A stretch of DNA of 36,147 nt from positions 1 to 36,147 of the forward strand of contig JAYWEG010000087.1 in NCBI GenBank assembly GCA_043779445.1. Reading direction: 5' to 3'. The notes beneath the pieces were generated by a model that ran no database searches, was not told the DNA's origin, and saw only the letters and a list, made by a program, of their open reading frames with translations. Shown here in pieces: positions 7,087 to 17,103 of this stretch (position 1 is its first letter; each line of letters begins with the position of its first letter). Both the position numbers and the translations under genes were made by a program. The DNA comes from Bacteroidota bacterium. Lineage in GTDB: Bacteria > Bacteroidota > Bacteroidia > Flavobacteriales > Flavobacteriaceae.

Positions 7087-9462
7087 ATGATCAATCTAAA
7101 AAAATATTATTCTTCGATACTGATAATGCTATCTTTTATAGGGATTTTGTATTGGGTTTTTGCAGCAATGATGCCTCAATATGTTTCTGAAAATCAATTT
7201 CTTTCTGAATTTTCGACTAAAAGGGCTTTGAAAATTATTAAAGAAATTGCCAAAGAACCGCACTATGTTGGCTCTAATGCTCATGACCAAGTAGCTGATT
7301 ATATTGTGTCTGAACTCGACAAAATGGGTGTGAAAAATAACATACAAGAAGGCGAAAATTTCTATGATGGAGTTGGGACACATGTTAAAAATATTTATGC
7401 TCGAATTCCAGGATCTGGCAGCGAAAAAGATTTACTCCTACTATCTCACTATGATTCTGCCCCACATTCGGTTTCACATGGAGCTATGGATGATGCCTCT
7501 GGAGTGGCAACAATTTTAGAAGGAATTCGAGTTTTTTTGTATAACAAAACGCCTCATAAAAACGACATTGTAATTCTTTTTTCTGATGCAGAAGAGTTGG
7601 GTTTAAATGGTGCTGCACTATTTGCAAACGACTATCCAAAAATCGAAAAAATAGGTTTGGTATTGAATTTTGAGGCTCGAGGAAGTTCTGGACCAAGTTT
7701 TATGTTGATGGAATCAAACAACGGAAATGAAAGAATGATAAACGATTTTGTAAAAGCAAATCCAAAATATCCTGTTTCAAACTCCTTGATGTACAGCATT
7801 TACAAAATGTTACCAAACGATACTGATTTAACTGCTTTTAGAAAAAAAAGGAATATCAGTGGATTCAATTTTGCTAATATTGATAGCCATTTCAACTACC
7901 ATACACAACTTGACAATCTCGAAAATGTTGACGAAAAATCCCTAGCTCACAAGGGTTCGTATCTAATGCCATTGATGAAACATTTTTCGAATTTTGATTT
8001 AAAACTAATCAATTCTTCTCGCGAAAATGTCTATTGCAATACTCCTTTTGGATTTGTGAATTATTCTTTTGATTATATTTTTCCGATGTTGATTTTGGCA
8101 GTAATTTTGTTTTTTACCCTCATTTTTATAGGACTTGCAAAACGAGTTTTGGTTATTACAGAAATTTTAAAAGGGTTTTTGCCTTTTCTTTTATCATTAT
8201 TATTTGTGGGTGGAATAACCTATTTTGGATGGAAATTGATTTTGATTTTTTATCCAGATTACACCAACATTCTTCAAGGATTTACCTATAACGGACATGA
8301 TTACATGATGCTTTTTGTGTTTTATGCCCTGTCAAGTTGTTTTTTTATATACCAACAATTTACAAATTCAAAAAACGTCATGAGCCACACAATTGCCCCA
8401 CTTTTCTTTTGGTTTGTAATCAATTGTGGAGTTGCGTTTTCACTGCAAGGAGCTTCGTTTTTTATTTTTCCAGCATTTTCGAGTGTAGCTATGTTAGCTA
8501 TTTTTGTAATTACTCAAAAAAATTATTGGTTTCTAAATGTAATACTTTCAATACCAACTTTTGTTTTTATTGTTCCATTTATAGATTTATTTCCAGTCGG
8601 ATTAGGATTAAAAATCATGTTTGGAAGTTCCATTCTTTTAGTTTTATGTTTCGGATTGTTATTACCTGTTTTTGGGGCATTTAATAACAAACGATTTTGG
8701 GCGGTTTTGTTTTTTATTTTTTCAGTAGGATTTTTTGTCAAAGCACATTTAAATTCTGGGTTTTCTGATAAACTCCCAAAACCAAATAGTTTAGTCTATT
8801 TTTTAGATTCCGACAAAAACGAATCTTTTTGGACTACTTATGATAACGAAATTGATGCATGGACGGAGAATTTTTTGGGTAAAAACCCAAAGAAAGCAAC
8901 CGAAATTAATGATCAAATTAGTCAAAGCAAATACAATTCTGAGTTTACATTTCTCAAAGAAACACCAAAAAAAGGTTTAGAAAAATCTGTCATAACTTCG
9001 TATCTCGACACTATAGTTTTTTCTGAAAAATTAAAGAAAAATATGCGTCGGATTCAGCTTCAAATTGCGCCTCCTGCAAATAGAAAAATAAATAGGTATG
9101 ATTTTTTTATTGACAAAAAAGTCGATATTTATGGTTTTTCTTATTTTGATTCCGCCTATTCTCGAACTGATTATCTAAAATTCGAACGAGATGAAAATCG
9201 TTTTTTTAGATGTTATCCTGTCGAAAATACTTCACTTGAAAATAAAATATATTTCAAATTTGAAGTCGATCCAAATCAAAAATTTAATCTCGAAGTTCTA
9301 GAATCTTCATTTGATTTATTGACAAATTATAATTTTTCTGTTAAAAAAAGACCAAGCAATATGATGCCAAAACCATTTGTAAATAATGATGCAGTAATTG
9401 TGAAGCAAACCTTCAAAATCGATAAATATTCTAAAATTCCAATAATACAAAATAAATTATAA
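7087..9462 (+). CDS. M28 family multi-pass membrane metallopeptidase (ERMP1/Pff1-like)
   Basis: SHYDS, GAMDDASG, DAEELGLNGA, NFEARG, NDTD, YHT motifs followed by a long multi-TM region. Confidence 0.92.
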   Translation: MINLKKYYSSILIMLSFIGILYWVFAAMMPQYVSENQFLSEFSTKRALKIIKEIAKEPHYVGSNAHDQVADYIVSELDKMGVKNNIQEGENFYDGVGTHVKNIYARIPGSGSEKDLLLLSHYDSAPHSVSHGAMDDASGVATILEGIRVFLYNKTPHKNDIVILFSDAEELGLNGAALFANDYPKIEKIGLVLNFEARGSSGPSFMLMESNNGNERMINDFVKANPKYPVSNSLMYSIYKMLPNDTDLTAFRKKRNISGFNFANIDSHFNYHTQLDNLENVDEKSLAHKGSYLMPLMKHFSNFDLKLINSSRENVYCNTPFGFVNYSFDYIFPMLILAVILFFTLIFIGLAKRVLVITEILKGFLPFLLSLLFVGGITYFGWKLILIFYPDYTNILQGFTYNGHDYMMLFVFYALSSCFFIYQQFTNSKNVMSHTIAPLFFWFVINCGVAFSLQGASFFIFPAFSSVAMLAIFVITQKNYWFLNVILSIPTFVFIVPFIDLFPVGLGLKIMFGSSILLVLCFGLLLPVFGAFNNKRFWAVLFFIFSVGFFVKAHLNSGFSDKLPKPNSLVYFLDSDKNESFWTTYDNEIDAWTENFLGKNPKKATEINDQISQSKYNSEFTFLKETPKKGLEKSVITSYLDTIVFSEKLKKNMRRIQLQIAPPANRKINRYDFFIDKKVDIYGFSYFDSAYSRTDYLKFERDENRFFRCYPVENTSLENKIYFKFEVDPNQKFNLEVLESSFDLLTNYNFSVKKRPSNMMPKPFVNNDAVIVKQTFKIDKYSKIPIIQNKL

Positions 9463-10292
9463 TGAGACAAATAAGTATTCTTGGCTGTGGATGGTTAGGA
9501 CTTCCTTTAGCAAAAATTCTGATTTCAAAAGGGTTTGCAATCAATGGATCAACAACTTCCAAAGAAAAGTTGGAAGTTTTAAAAAACGCTGGAATTAATC
9601 CGTTTTTGATTCAAATCAAATCTAATAGGGTTGTTGGAGAGGTAGTTAAATTTCTAGAAGATTCTGAAATTTTGATTATTGATATTCCGCCGAATCTCCG
9701 TGATGGAAGTGCCGAAAGTTTCATAGAAAAAATTGAACAAAGTATACCTTTTTTAGAACAATCCTTAATTAAGAAAATTATTTTTGTTAGTTCTACATCA
9801 GTATATAGCGGTTACAATTTGTCTACAGATTTTGCTTCAAAAGACCAATATAGAGTTACTGAAGAAACAATTGCAATTCCAGAAAACGAGTCGGGAATAC
9901 AATTATTGGCTACAGAAAAGATTTTTCAAGCCAATAAAAATTTCGAAACAACAATTCTTCGTTTCGGAGGATTGATAGGCGAGGATAGAAACCCAATTCG
10001 GGTTTTAGCAGGCCGAAAAAACATTGAAAATCCAAATGCGCCCATCAATTTTATTCATCAAAAGGATTGTATTGGAATTATAGAAAAAATTATTGAACTT
10101 GAGGTTTGGAACGAAACCTTTAATGGAGTTGCTCCTTTTCACCCAACTAGAAAGAATTATTATACTAAAAAAGCTATTGATTTTGGATTAGAAATCCCAG
10201 AGTTCAACGAATTAAAACCATCAAAAGGTAAAATTGTTACTAGCGAGAAGGTAACTAGGGTTTTGGCATATGAGTTTGTGGGAGTTATTTGA
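9462..10292 (+). CDS. NAD(P)-binding atypical SDR / epimerase family (YeeZ-like)
   Basis: ILGCGWLG Rossmann motif, FVSSTSVY, ILRFGGLIG, INFIHQKD. Confidence 0.88.
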   Translation: MRQISILGCGWLGLPLAKILISKGFAINGSTTSKEKLEVLKNAGINPFLIQIKSNRVVGEVVKFLEDSEILIIDIPPNLRDGSAESFIEKIEQSIPFLEQSLIKKIIFVSSTSVYSGYNLSTDFASKDQYRVTEETIAIPENESGIQLLATEKIFQANKNFETTILRFGGLIGEDRNPIRVLAGRKNIENPNAPINFIHQKDCIGIIEKIIELEVWNETFNGVAPFHPTRKNYYTKKAIDFGLEIPEFNELKPSKGKIVTSEKVTRVLAYEFVGVI

Positions 10293-10317
10293 TAGAATTT
10301 AATTTATGTGAAGGCAT

Positions 10318-11190
10318 TCACAAATTCGGGTTCAAAGTCATTAAATATTTCTTTGGTGTGGTGGAAAATTTTTTTTTGAAAGCTGCAATAAAATGACTTC
10401 CAGTGCTGTAACCGATTTTGAGACCGACTTCGTTTACGTTATACGAACCCGTATCTAATAATTTTCGAGCATAATCCATTTTATAATCAAATAGAAATCC
10501 GTAAACCGTATCGCCATAAATTTGCTTGAAGCCCATTTTTAGTTTCTTCAAAGTCAAACCAATTTCCTCTGCCAATTCTTGTAAACCTGGCGGTTCGGAC
10601 ATGTTGGCGATGATAATTTCTTTGGCTTTTTTTATTTTGATCACATTATCTTCATCGATCAAAAACGGACATTGTTCTGCATTTGGATCGTCGTTTCTAT
10701 TGAAATATAAACTCAATAATTCATAACCTTTTCCTTTATAATACAAGTTTTTTATCGACGGATTTAGGTTGTAATGAAACAATTGACTTAAAACAATTGC
10801 CATTGATGGAGAAATATTATCTTCTTTATAATATTTTTTGTCTTTATTATCATCACTTAAAAACGTAATATAATTGGCTTCGGTTGAGAATAAAGCATGA
10901 AATTTTTTTATAGAAATAATCACCGAAATCGACCAAGAATTTGGTGCCAATTCCAAATTTAATGGCAGTTCTTTCTGAGGATTATAAAGCAACAAGGATT
11001 TCTCTTCTTTCAAATCCAAAGCATAATTTCCTTGATTGAAAATGAATTTTCCGCTACCTTTCAATCCAAAATGAAACTGAATTAAACCGCTGGTAACTTC
11101 GCGTTGCGCTTGAAAAACTTCGTCTGAATCGTTTTGAAAACGAATTAAAATAAAATCATCTTCGATTTTGATTATTTCCTCTGAACCCAT
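10318..11190 (-). CDS. AraC family transcriptional regulator
   Basis: C-terminal double HTH (LQELAEEIG...NVNEVGLKIGYSTGSHFIAAFKKKFSTTPKKY); divergent from hemA. Confidence 0.93.
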   Translation of the reverse strand: MGSEEIIKIEDDFILIRFQNDSDEVFQAQREVTSGLIQFHFGLKGSGKFIFNQGNYALDLKEEKSLLLYNPQKELPLNLELAPNSWSISVIISIKKFHALFSTEANYITFLSDDNKDKKYYKEDNISPSMAIVLSQLFHYNLNPSIKNLYYKGKGYELLSLYFNRNDDPNAEQCPFLIDEDNVIKIKKAKEIIIANMSEPPGLQELAEEIGLTLKKLKMGFKQIYGDTVYGFLFDYKMDYARKLLDTGSYNVNEVGLKIGYSTGSHFIAAFKKKFSTTPKKYLMTLNPNL

Positions 11191-11235
11191 AGCGATATTT
11201 AATTTAAAATAATATTTAAAAAACTTAAATAACTT

Positions 11236-11254
11236 ATTTAGAACAACTCTAAAT
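11236..11254. promoter_or_regulatory. Putative Fur-family box
   Basis: ATTTAGA-acaac-TCTAAAT palindrome; 16/19 match to the flavobacterial Fur box as I recall it (ATTTAGAATTATTCTAAAT); lies in the araC leader. Confidence 0.65.
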
Positions 11255-11282
11255 TAACGTTACGAAACGATTGTATACAATA

Positions 11283-11290
11283 CAAAAGTA
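11283..11290 (-). promoter_or_regulatory. -7 element (TACTTTTG) for the AraC gene
   Basis: Exact TAnnTTTG match. Confidence 0.6.
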
Positions 11291-11384
11291 GGCATTTATT
11301 GGATATATTGACGATAAAAATCTAAAAATACATTAAGCGTTACAAATAGAACTTATAGCGTTGTTTTTATCTTTAAGTTAACTA

Positions 11385-11392
11385 TAATTTTG
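11385..11392 (+). promoter_or_regulatory. -7 element (TAATTTTG) for the hem operon
   Basis: Exact TAnnTTTG(CA) match 22 nt upstream of the hemA ATG. Confidence 0.65.
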
Positions 11393-11414
11393 CAAAGCAA
11401 TTTCAAAATAATTT

Positions 11415-12656
11415 ATGGAAAATCTAAACCTATCAAAACATCATACTTTTTATTCAATCGGTTTGAGTTACAAGAAAGCTGATGCTGTAGTTAGAGGGAA
11501 ATTTTCTTTGAATGATTCGGCCAAAAATACACTTTTGCAACAAGCAAAAACCGAAGGAATCGATAGCCTTATTGTAACATCGACCTGCAACAGAACCGAA
11601 ATTTATGGTTTTGCAGAACATCCTTTTCAACTCATTAAATTACTTTGTGAAAACAGCGAAGGCACGGTTGAAGAATTTCAAAAAGTAGCTCACGTTTATA
11701 AAAATAAAGAAGCCATTTCACATTTATTCAAAGTCGGAACGGGATTAGATAGTCAAATTTTGGGCGATTTCGAGATTATTTCGCAAATAAAAACCAGTTT
11801 TACACAAGCAAAATCCTTTGGTTTGGCAAATGCTTTTATGGAACGATTGGTAAATGCTGTAATTCAAGCGAGCAAAAAAATCAAAACCGATACCGAGATT
11901 TCTTCAGGAGCGACATCGGTTTCGTTTGCATCCGTGCAATACATCATGAAGAATGTCGAAAATATTGGAGATAAAAATATTCTGCTTTTTGGAACAGGAA
12001 AAATAGGTCGAAATACTTGTGAAAACCTTGTAAAACACACTAAAAACGAACATATTACGTTAATAAATCGAACCAAAAACAAAGCAGAAAAACTAGCAGG
12101 AAAACTCAATTTGATTGTTAAAGACTATGCCGATTTGCATCTCGAATTGCAAAAAGCAGATGTCTTGGTCGTAGCAACCGGTGCTCAAAATCCAACGATT
12201 GACAAAGCAATTTTGAATCTAAAAAAACCGCTTTTAATCTTAGATTTATCTATTCCAAAAAACGTAAATAATAATGTGACCGATTTAGAAAATGTAACAT
12301 TGGTTCATTTAGACGATTTATCGCAAATTACTGATGAAACGTTAGAAAACCGAAAAAGTCAAATTCCAGCTGCCGAATTAATTATCGATGAAATAAAAGA
12401 CGAATTTATAGCATGGACAAAAAACCGAAAATTCGCACCAACCATTCACGCATTAAAAGCAAAAATGAATGAAATAAAAGTTGCCGAATTAAATTTTCAA
12501 CGCAAAAAATTATCTAATTTCGACGAAGAACAAGCCGAGATTATCAGTAATCGCATCATTCAAAAAATAACCAATCATTTTGCCAATCATCTCAAAGACG
12601 AAGACACAATGGTAGATGAAAGCATCGATTATATCAATAAAATATTTCAATTGTAA
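11415..12656 (+). CDS. hemA: Glutamyl-tRNA reductase
   Basis: STCNRTEIY catalytic motif, GLDSQILGDFEII, GTGKIG, DLSIP. Confidence 0.97.
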   Translation: MENLNLSKHHTFYSIGLSYKKADAVVRGKFSLNDSAKNTLLQQAKTEGIDSLIVTSTCNRTEIYGFAEHPFQLIKLLCENSEGTVEEFQKVAHVYKNKEAISHLFKVGTGLDSQILGDFEIISQIKTSFTQAKSFGLANAFMERLVNAVIQASKKIKTDTEISSGATSVSFASVQYIMKNVENIGDKNILLFGTGKIGRNTCENLVKHTKNEHITLINRTKNKAEKLAGKLNLIVKDYADLHLELQKADVLVVATGAQNPTIDKAILNLKKPLLILDLSIPKNVNNNVTDLENVTLVHLDDLSQITDETLENRKSQIPAAELIIDEIKDEFIAWTKNRKFAPTIHALKAKMNEIKVAELNFQRKKLSNFDEEQAEIISNRIIQKITNHFANHLKDEDTMVDESIDYINKIFQL

Positions 12657-12670
12657 TAAATTTGAACAAG

Positions 12671-12727
12671 TAAGATTATTAAGTTTTGAATTTAAAAAAT
12701 CTTAATGAACCTTAATTTCTTAATGTT
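12671..12727. repeat. Short degenerate inverted tandem repeats (TAAG vs CTTAAT x3)
   Basis: taagattattaag ... cttaatgaaccttaatttcttaatg between hemA and hemC. Confidence 0.45.
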
Positions 12728-12739
12728 TCAAAATTAATA

Positions 12740-13657
12740 ATGGTAAATAAAACAATAAAAATAGGAACTCGTGACAGTGAACTCGCAATTTGGCAAGCCC
12801 ATACGGTGGAGAAAATGCTAAACGATTTAGGTCATGAAACCCTAATTATTACCGTAAAATCTCAAGGTGATTTATTACTCGACAAACCACTTTACGAACT
12901 CGGAATTACAGGAATTTTCACTAAAACACTCGATATTGCTATGATAAATGGCGAAATTGACATGGCTGTTCATTCCATGAAAGACGTTCCTACAGCTTTG
13001 CCAATAGGAATGATGCAGGCCGCCGTTCTGAAACGTGCCAGCGAAAAGGACATTTTGGTATATAACAACCTTGATTTTCTAGATTCTGATGGAACAATTG
13101 CAACAGGAAGTTTGCGTCGTCAGGCCATGTGGCTTAACAAATACCCGAATCACAAGGTTGTCGATTTACGTGGAAATGTAAATACTAGACTTCAAAAATT
13201 AAAAGATAATAACTGGGATGGAGCGATATTTGCCGCAGCAGGACTGGAACGGATTAATTTAAAACCAGAAAATTTTATCGATTTAAATTGGATGATTCCT
13301 GCACCAGCACAAGGCGCAATGGTTATTCACGCTATGCAAAATGATGAATTTACTAAAAATGCTGTTGCCGAATTAAACGATCTCGAAACTGATATTTGTA
13401 CCTATATAGAACGACAATTTCTTAGAACTTTAGAAGGCGGTTGTACAGCACCAATTGGAGCATTAGCGACTTTCAATGAAGATGAAATTTCATTCAAAGG
13501 CATTTTATTATCAATCGATGGAAAACAAAAAATTGAAGTTAAAAAAGTAGTTCCAATTCAAGAATGGAAAAAATTAGGATACAATCTAGCGCAAGAAATT
13601 TTGAATAATGGTGGAATTGAATTGATGAAAAACATAAAAGAAAGTTTGAAGAAATGA
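12740..13657 (+). CDS. hemC: Hydroxymethylbilane synthase (porphobilinogen deaminase)
   Basis: IGTRDSELA, AVHSMKDVP, TGSLRR, LRGNVNTRL, LEGGCTAPIG. Confidence 0.97.
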   Translation: MVNKTIKIGTRDSELAIWQAHTVEKMLNDLGHETLIITVKSQGDLLLDKPLYELGITGIFTKTLDIAMINGEIDMAVHSMKDVPTALPIGMMQAAVLKRASEKDILVYNNLDFLDSDGTIATGSLRRQAMWLNKYPNHKVVDLRGNVNTRLQKLKDNNWDGAIFAAAGLERINLKPENFIDLNWMIPAPAQGAMVIHAMQNDEFTKNAVAELNDLETDICTYIERQFLRTLEGGCTAPIGALATFNEDEISFKGILLSIDGKQKIEVKKVVPIQEWKKLGYNLAQEILNNGGIELMKNIKESLKK

Positions 13658-13706
13658 TAAGTCCATTTTTGACAAATAAAATTTTATAAAAAATCACTAT
13701 ATTTGT

Positions 13707-14336
13707 ATGGATATAAAAACCGTAAAAGATGAACTCCAATACATCATTCAAGGAAAGAGCAAAAGCAGCCAAAAGCCTCTTATCCAAACAATTGCCAGTT
13801 ACCTTAGAGCAAGCCAAGGAACAAGCACAATGGTTAAAAACGATAAGCAACACAAACAAAAAGAAACAAAGAGCATAATTGAATATTGCAATCAAAATAA
13901 CCTTTGGGCAGATGATAAGGTAAATTTTGATTTATTTATTTCTGAAGGTGCAGAACAAAAAGTTTATATAAAAAATGAAAAAACTGTCTATAAACTTAAC
14001 GATTCCATTTACTACTCTAGTTGGCTGGATTATTTCATAAATTTATTACTTAACAACTATTTTTTCCCTGATACAACTTATACTTTAGAAGGTTTTTGTT
14101 TAATTGAAAATACACTTTTCGCTTTGGTCGAACAACCATTTGTCAAAGCCAATCAACCAACCGATTTGGAGCAAGTGAAAAAATTTATGACTGCAAATGG
14201 ATTTGAAAATATTAGAAATCACGATTATTACAACTCAGATTTAGGCATTATTCTAGAAGATTTACACGATGAAAAAGTACTAACTCAAAATGGTATTCTG
14301 TATTTTATTGACACCGTTTTTTATATCAAACCATGA
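13707..14336 (+). CDS. Stand-alone protein-kinase-like protein (Kinase-PolyVal-like)
   Basis: SEGAEQKVY (P-loop), VYKLN (Lys), EQPFV hinge, EDLHDEKV catalytic loop, YFIDT; inserted between hemC and hemD with a 4-nt overlap with hemD. Confidence 0.75.
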   Translation: MDIKTVKDELQYIIQGKSKSSQKPLIQTIASYLRASQGTSTMVKNDKQHKQKETKSIIEYCNQNNLWADDKVNFDLFISEGAEQKVYIKNEKTVYKLNDSIYYSSWLDYFINLLLNNYFFPDTTYTLEGFCLIENTLFALVEQPFVKANQPTDLEQVKKFMTANGFENIRNHDYYNSDLGIILEDLHDEKVLTQNGILYFIDTVFYIKP

Positions 14337-15010
14337 GCAACCCAATCAGCATATTATCAACAAAAACATTATCCGATAAACAAAGACAAGTGTTTATCGA
14401 TGCCAACATTGACTTGTTAGAACAAGATTATATTGAAATCGAAAACAATAATTTTGAATTAAAAAACATAAACGAAAACTTGATTTTTAGCAGTCAAAAC
14501 GCCGTTTTAAGTTTAATAGAACAACAAGATTGGGAGCAATTTAAAACTAAAAATTCTTTTTGCGTAGGTATAAAAACCAAAGAATTGTTAGAACAAAACG
14601 GTTTTAAAGTGGATGTTTATATGGATTACGCATCAGAATTGGCAGAAATTATTACCTTAATATACAACAAAGAATCGTTTACTTTTTTTAGTGGAAACTT
14701 GCGAAAAGAAACCTTGCCACAAGCATTAAAAGAAGCAAAAATAAATTTTAACGAAATAGAAGTTTATCAAACCAAATTAGCACCTTTCAAAATTTCTTCA
14801 GTAGAAAAATTTGACGGAATTTTGTTTTTTAGCCCATCAGGCGTAGAAAGTTACTTAAAAGACAATAAAATAAAAACCGAAACTTGCTTTTGCATTGGAG
14901 AAACCACCGCTGAATCATTAAAAAACAATAAAATAAAAAACATTGTAATTTCCGAAATACCAACTATCGAAGATGTGATTGAAGAAGTTATAGAATATTA
15001 CAATAATTAA
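14333..15010 (+). CDS. hemD: Uroporphyrinogen-III synthase
   Basis: LIFSSQNAV, FCVGIKT, EVYQT, FFSPSGV, CIGETTA; operon context. Confidence 0.92.
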   Translation: MSNPISILSTKTLSDKQRQVFIDANIDLLEQDYIEIENNNFELKNINENLIFSSQNAVLSLIEQQDWEQFKTKNSFCVGIKTKELLEQNGFKVDVYMDYASELAEIITLIYNKESFTFFSGNLRKETLPQALKEAKINFNEIEVYQTKLAPFKISSVEKFDGILFFSPSGVESYLKDNKIKTETCFCIGETTAESLKNNKIKNIVISEIPTIEDVIEEVIEYYNN

Positions 15011-15012
15011 AA

Positions 15013-15070
15013 CTTCGCAACTTTGCGGCTTTGCGAGAAATAATTCGTGATAATTCGTGAAATTCGTGGC
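15013..15070 (+). repeat. Two adjacent short tandem repeats (CTTTGCGn x3; AATTCGTG x3)
   Basis: cttcgcaa-ctttgcgg-ctttgcga followed by taattcgtga-taattcgtga-aattcgtggc. Confidence 0.75.
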
Positions 15071-15085
15071 AAAAAATAAAAAAAA

Positions 15086-16111
15086 ATGATTAAAAACGAC
15101 CTATTTCTAAAAGCCTTAAAAGGCGAAACCGTGCAACGACCACCAGTTTGGATGATGCGTCAAGCGGGAAGATATTTACCAGAATTCATCGCTTTGCGTG
15201 ACAAATACGATTTTTTTACCCGTTGTCAAACGCCCGAATTGGCTTCGGAAATTACGGTGCAACCCATTCGCAGAATTGCACCCGATGCCGCGATTTTGTT
15301 TTCGGACATTCTAGTTGTTCCACAAGCCATGGGCATTGAGGTTTTGATGAAAGAAAATCTTGGACCGTTTTTGCCCAATCCAATTCGTACGATTCAAGAT
15401 GTAGAACGGGTGATTGTTCCAGATGTTCACGAAACTTTGGGTTATGTTTTTGATGCGATCAAAATGACCAAAGAAATGTTGAATGACGAAGTTCCATTAA
15501 TTGGTTTTGCTGGTTCGCCATGGACTATTTTTTGTTATGCAGTCGAAGGAAAAGGCTCTAAAAGTTTTGATACTGCCAAAGGGTTTTGTTTTTCGAATCC
15601 GGTTGCGACACACGTCTTACTGCAAAAAATTACCGATACGACCATTGCTTATTTAATCGAAAAAGTAAAAGCAGGTTGTAACGCTATTCAAATTTTCGAT
15701 TCTTGGGGAGGAATGCTGTCGCCAGTTGATTATCAAGAATTTTCATGGAAATACATTAATCAAATTATCGAAGCTTTGGCAGATATTACACCTGTTATTG
15801 TTTTCGGAAAAGGATGTTGGTTTGCGTTGAACGAAATGGGAAAATCTAGAGCATCGGCACTTGGTGTAGATTGGACTTGTTCGCCTAGAAATGCTCGATA
15901 TTTATCCGGAGGAAACATCACATTGCAAGGAAATTTTGATCCAAGTCGTTTACTTTCACCAATTCCAACTATCAAGAAAATGGTTCACGAAATGATTGAC
16001 GAATTCGGAAAAGACAAATATATTGTGAATCTTGGTCATGGAATTTTACCTAATATTCCTGTAGATCACGCAAAGGCTTTTGTAGATGCGGTCAAGGAAT
16101 ACAATCAGTAA
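15086..16111 (+). CDS. hemE: Uroporphyrinogen decarboxylase
   Basis: [36 protein letters not shown]. Confidence 0.98.
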   Translation: MIKNDLFLKALKGETVQRPPVWMMRQAGRYLPEFIALRDKYDFFTRCQTPELASEITVQPIRRIAPDAAILFSDILVVPQAMGIEVLMKENLGPFLPNPIRTIQDVERVIVPDVHETLGYVFDAIKMTKEMLNDEVPLIGFAGSPWTIFCYAVEGKGSKSFDTAKGFCFSNPVATHVLLQKITDTTIAYLIEKVKAGCNAIQIFDSWGGMLSPVDYQEFSWKYINQIIEALADITPVIVFGKGCWFALNEMGKSRASALGVDWTCSPRNARYLSGGNITLQGNFDPSRLLSPIPTIKKMVHEMIDEFGKDKYIVNLGHGILPNIPVDHAKAFVDAVKEYNQ

Positions 16112-16114
16112 ATA

Positions 16115-16657
16115 ATGAAATTTACCAACTGGAAACTAGACAAAATAAAAAATATTCATTTCAAAGAATTTTTCGATTTAATTGAAAATAACAGAAATCG
16201 AATTGAAAAAACATTTCCTTTTACAGTTTCCAATTGTGTTGATTTAAAAGCAACAGAAGAATTCATTACAAAAAACAGCCAAATAGAAATAGAAAAAACA
16301 GGTTACTATTTTTATGTTAGAAATTTAGAAACCAATTGTTTAATTGGATATATTGGCATTAAAAAAATAGATTATCACATTCCAAAATGCGAATTATTCT
16401 ATTTTATTGATAGAGATTTTGAAAGAAAAGGAATTATTTCAAAAGCAGTTTCAGATGTTATTGCTATTTGTTTTAAAGAATTATTGATGAATAAAATTTT
16501 CATCTGTACTTCAAAAATTAATTTTGGAAGTCAGAAAATTGCTTTAAAAAATGGATTTGTTTTAGAAGGAACTTTGCGAGAAGAATTTAAAAATCACGAA
16601 GGAGTTTTAGAAGATATTAATTATTACGGATTATTGAAATCAGATTATGAAAAATAA
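16115..16657 (+). CDS. GNAT family N-acetyltransferase (RimL/RimJ-like)
   Basis: LIGYIGI, ELFYFIDRDFERKGI, NFGSQKIALKNGFVLEGTLR. Confidence 0.88.
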   Translation: MKFTNWKLDKIKNIHFKEFFDLIENNRNRIEKTFPFTVSNCVDLKATEEFITKNSQIEIEKTGYYFYVRNLETNCLIGYIGIKKIDYHIPKCELFYFIDRDFERKGIISKAVSDVIAICFKELLMNKIFICTSKINFGSQKIALKNGFVLEGTLREEFKNHEGVLEDINYYGLLKSDYEK

Positions 16658-17066
16658 ATGTGTTTTAATTTTGATTTTGTGTTTTACTATTTTTTCTTGT
16701 AAAACCTATACTATCTCGCCACAAAGTTTTAAAGAACAATTTAGTAAAGTCGATTATGATCTTTCTACATCAAGAAGTATTGTCGGTTCTATTTACTATA
16801 ATGGTTACCAAATAAAAAAAGTCAATGTAGTTAGTAAAGATGGAAAACCAAAAATTCTTGATAATGCGCCTTCATTAGAAATGCGAATCACTCTTAATAA
16901 CGGAAAACGAAAACATTTTTATTTTGATAGTATGAAACTTGAAAATGATACACTAACGGGATATAAAGCAAGATTTTTTCCTAAAGCAATTGTAAAAGTT
17001 TTATTTTCCGATATTGTCAAAATTGAAATTCAAGAAAGCGGAAAAAAAATAAAGTACATTAATTAA
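16647..17066 (+). CDS. Hypothetical lipoprotein
   Basis: Signal peptide with lipobox-like IFSC; 139 aa, basic. Confidence 0.75.
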   Translation: MKNKCVLILILCFTIFSCKTYTISPQSFKEQFSKVDYDLSTSRSIVGSIYYNGYQIKKVNVVSKDGKPKILDNAPSLEMRITLNNGKRKHFYFDSMKLENDTLTGYKARFFPKAIVKVLFSDIVKIEIQESGKKIKYIN

Positions 17067-17103
17067 TTTCATCTGATTAAAAAAGTTTGATTATCAATTT
17101 TAA

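Noticed and set aside
9806-9856. Apparent extra residues (GYNLSTDFASKDQYR) in the SDR protein as a repeat insertion
   Set aside because: No hairpin or match to other repeats in the window; could be ordinary loop variation.
13654-13689. Tiny ORF MISPFLTNKIL overlapping the hemC stop as a relic of the hemD start
   Set aside because: Similarity to MSNPISILSTKTL is too weak to separate from chance.
15041-15070. Repeats as a possible CRISPR or mini-array
   Set aside because: Units are only 9-10 nt, with no spacers and no cas genes.
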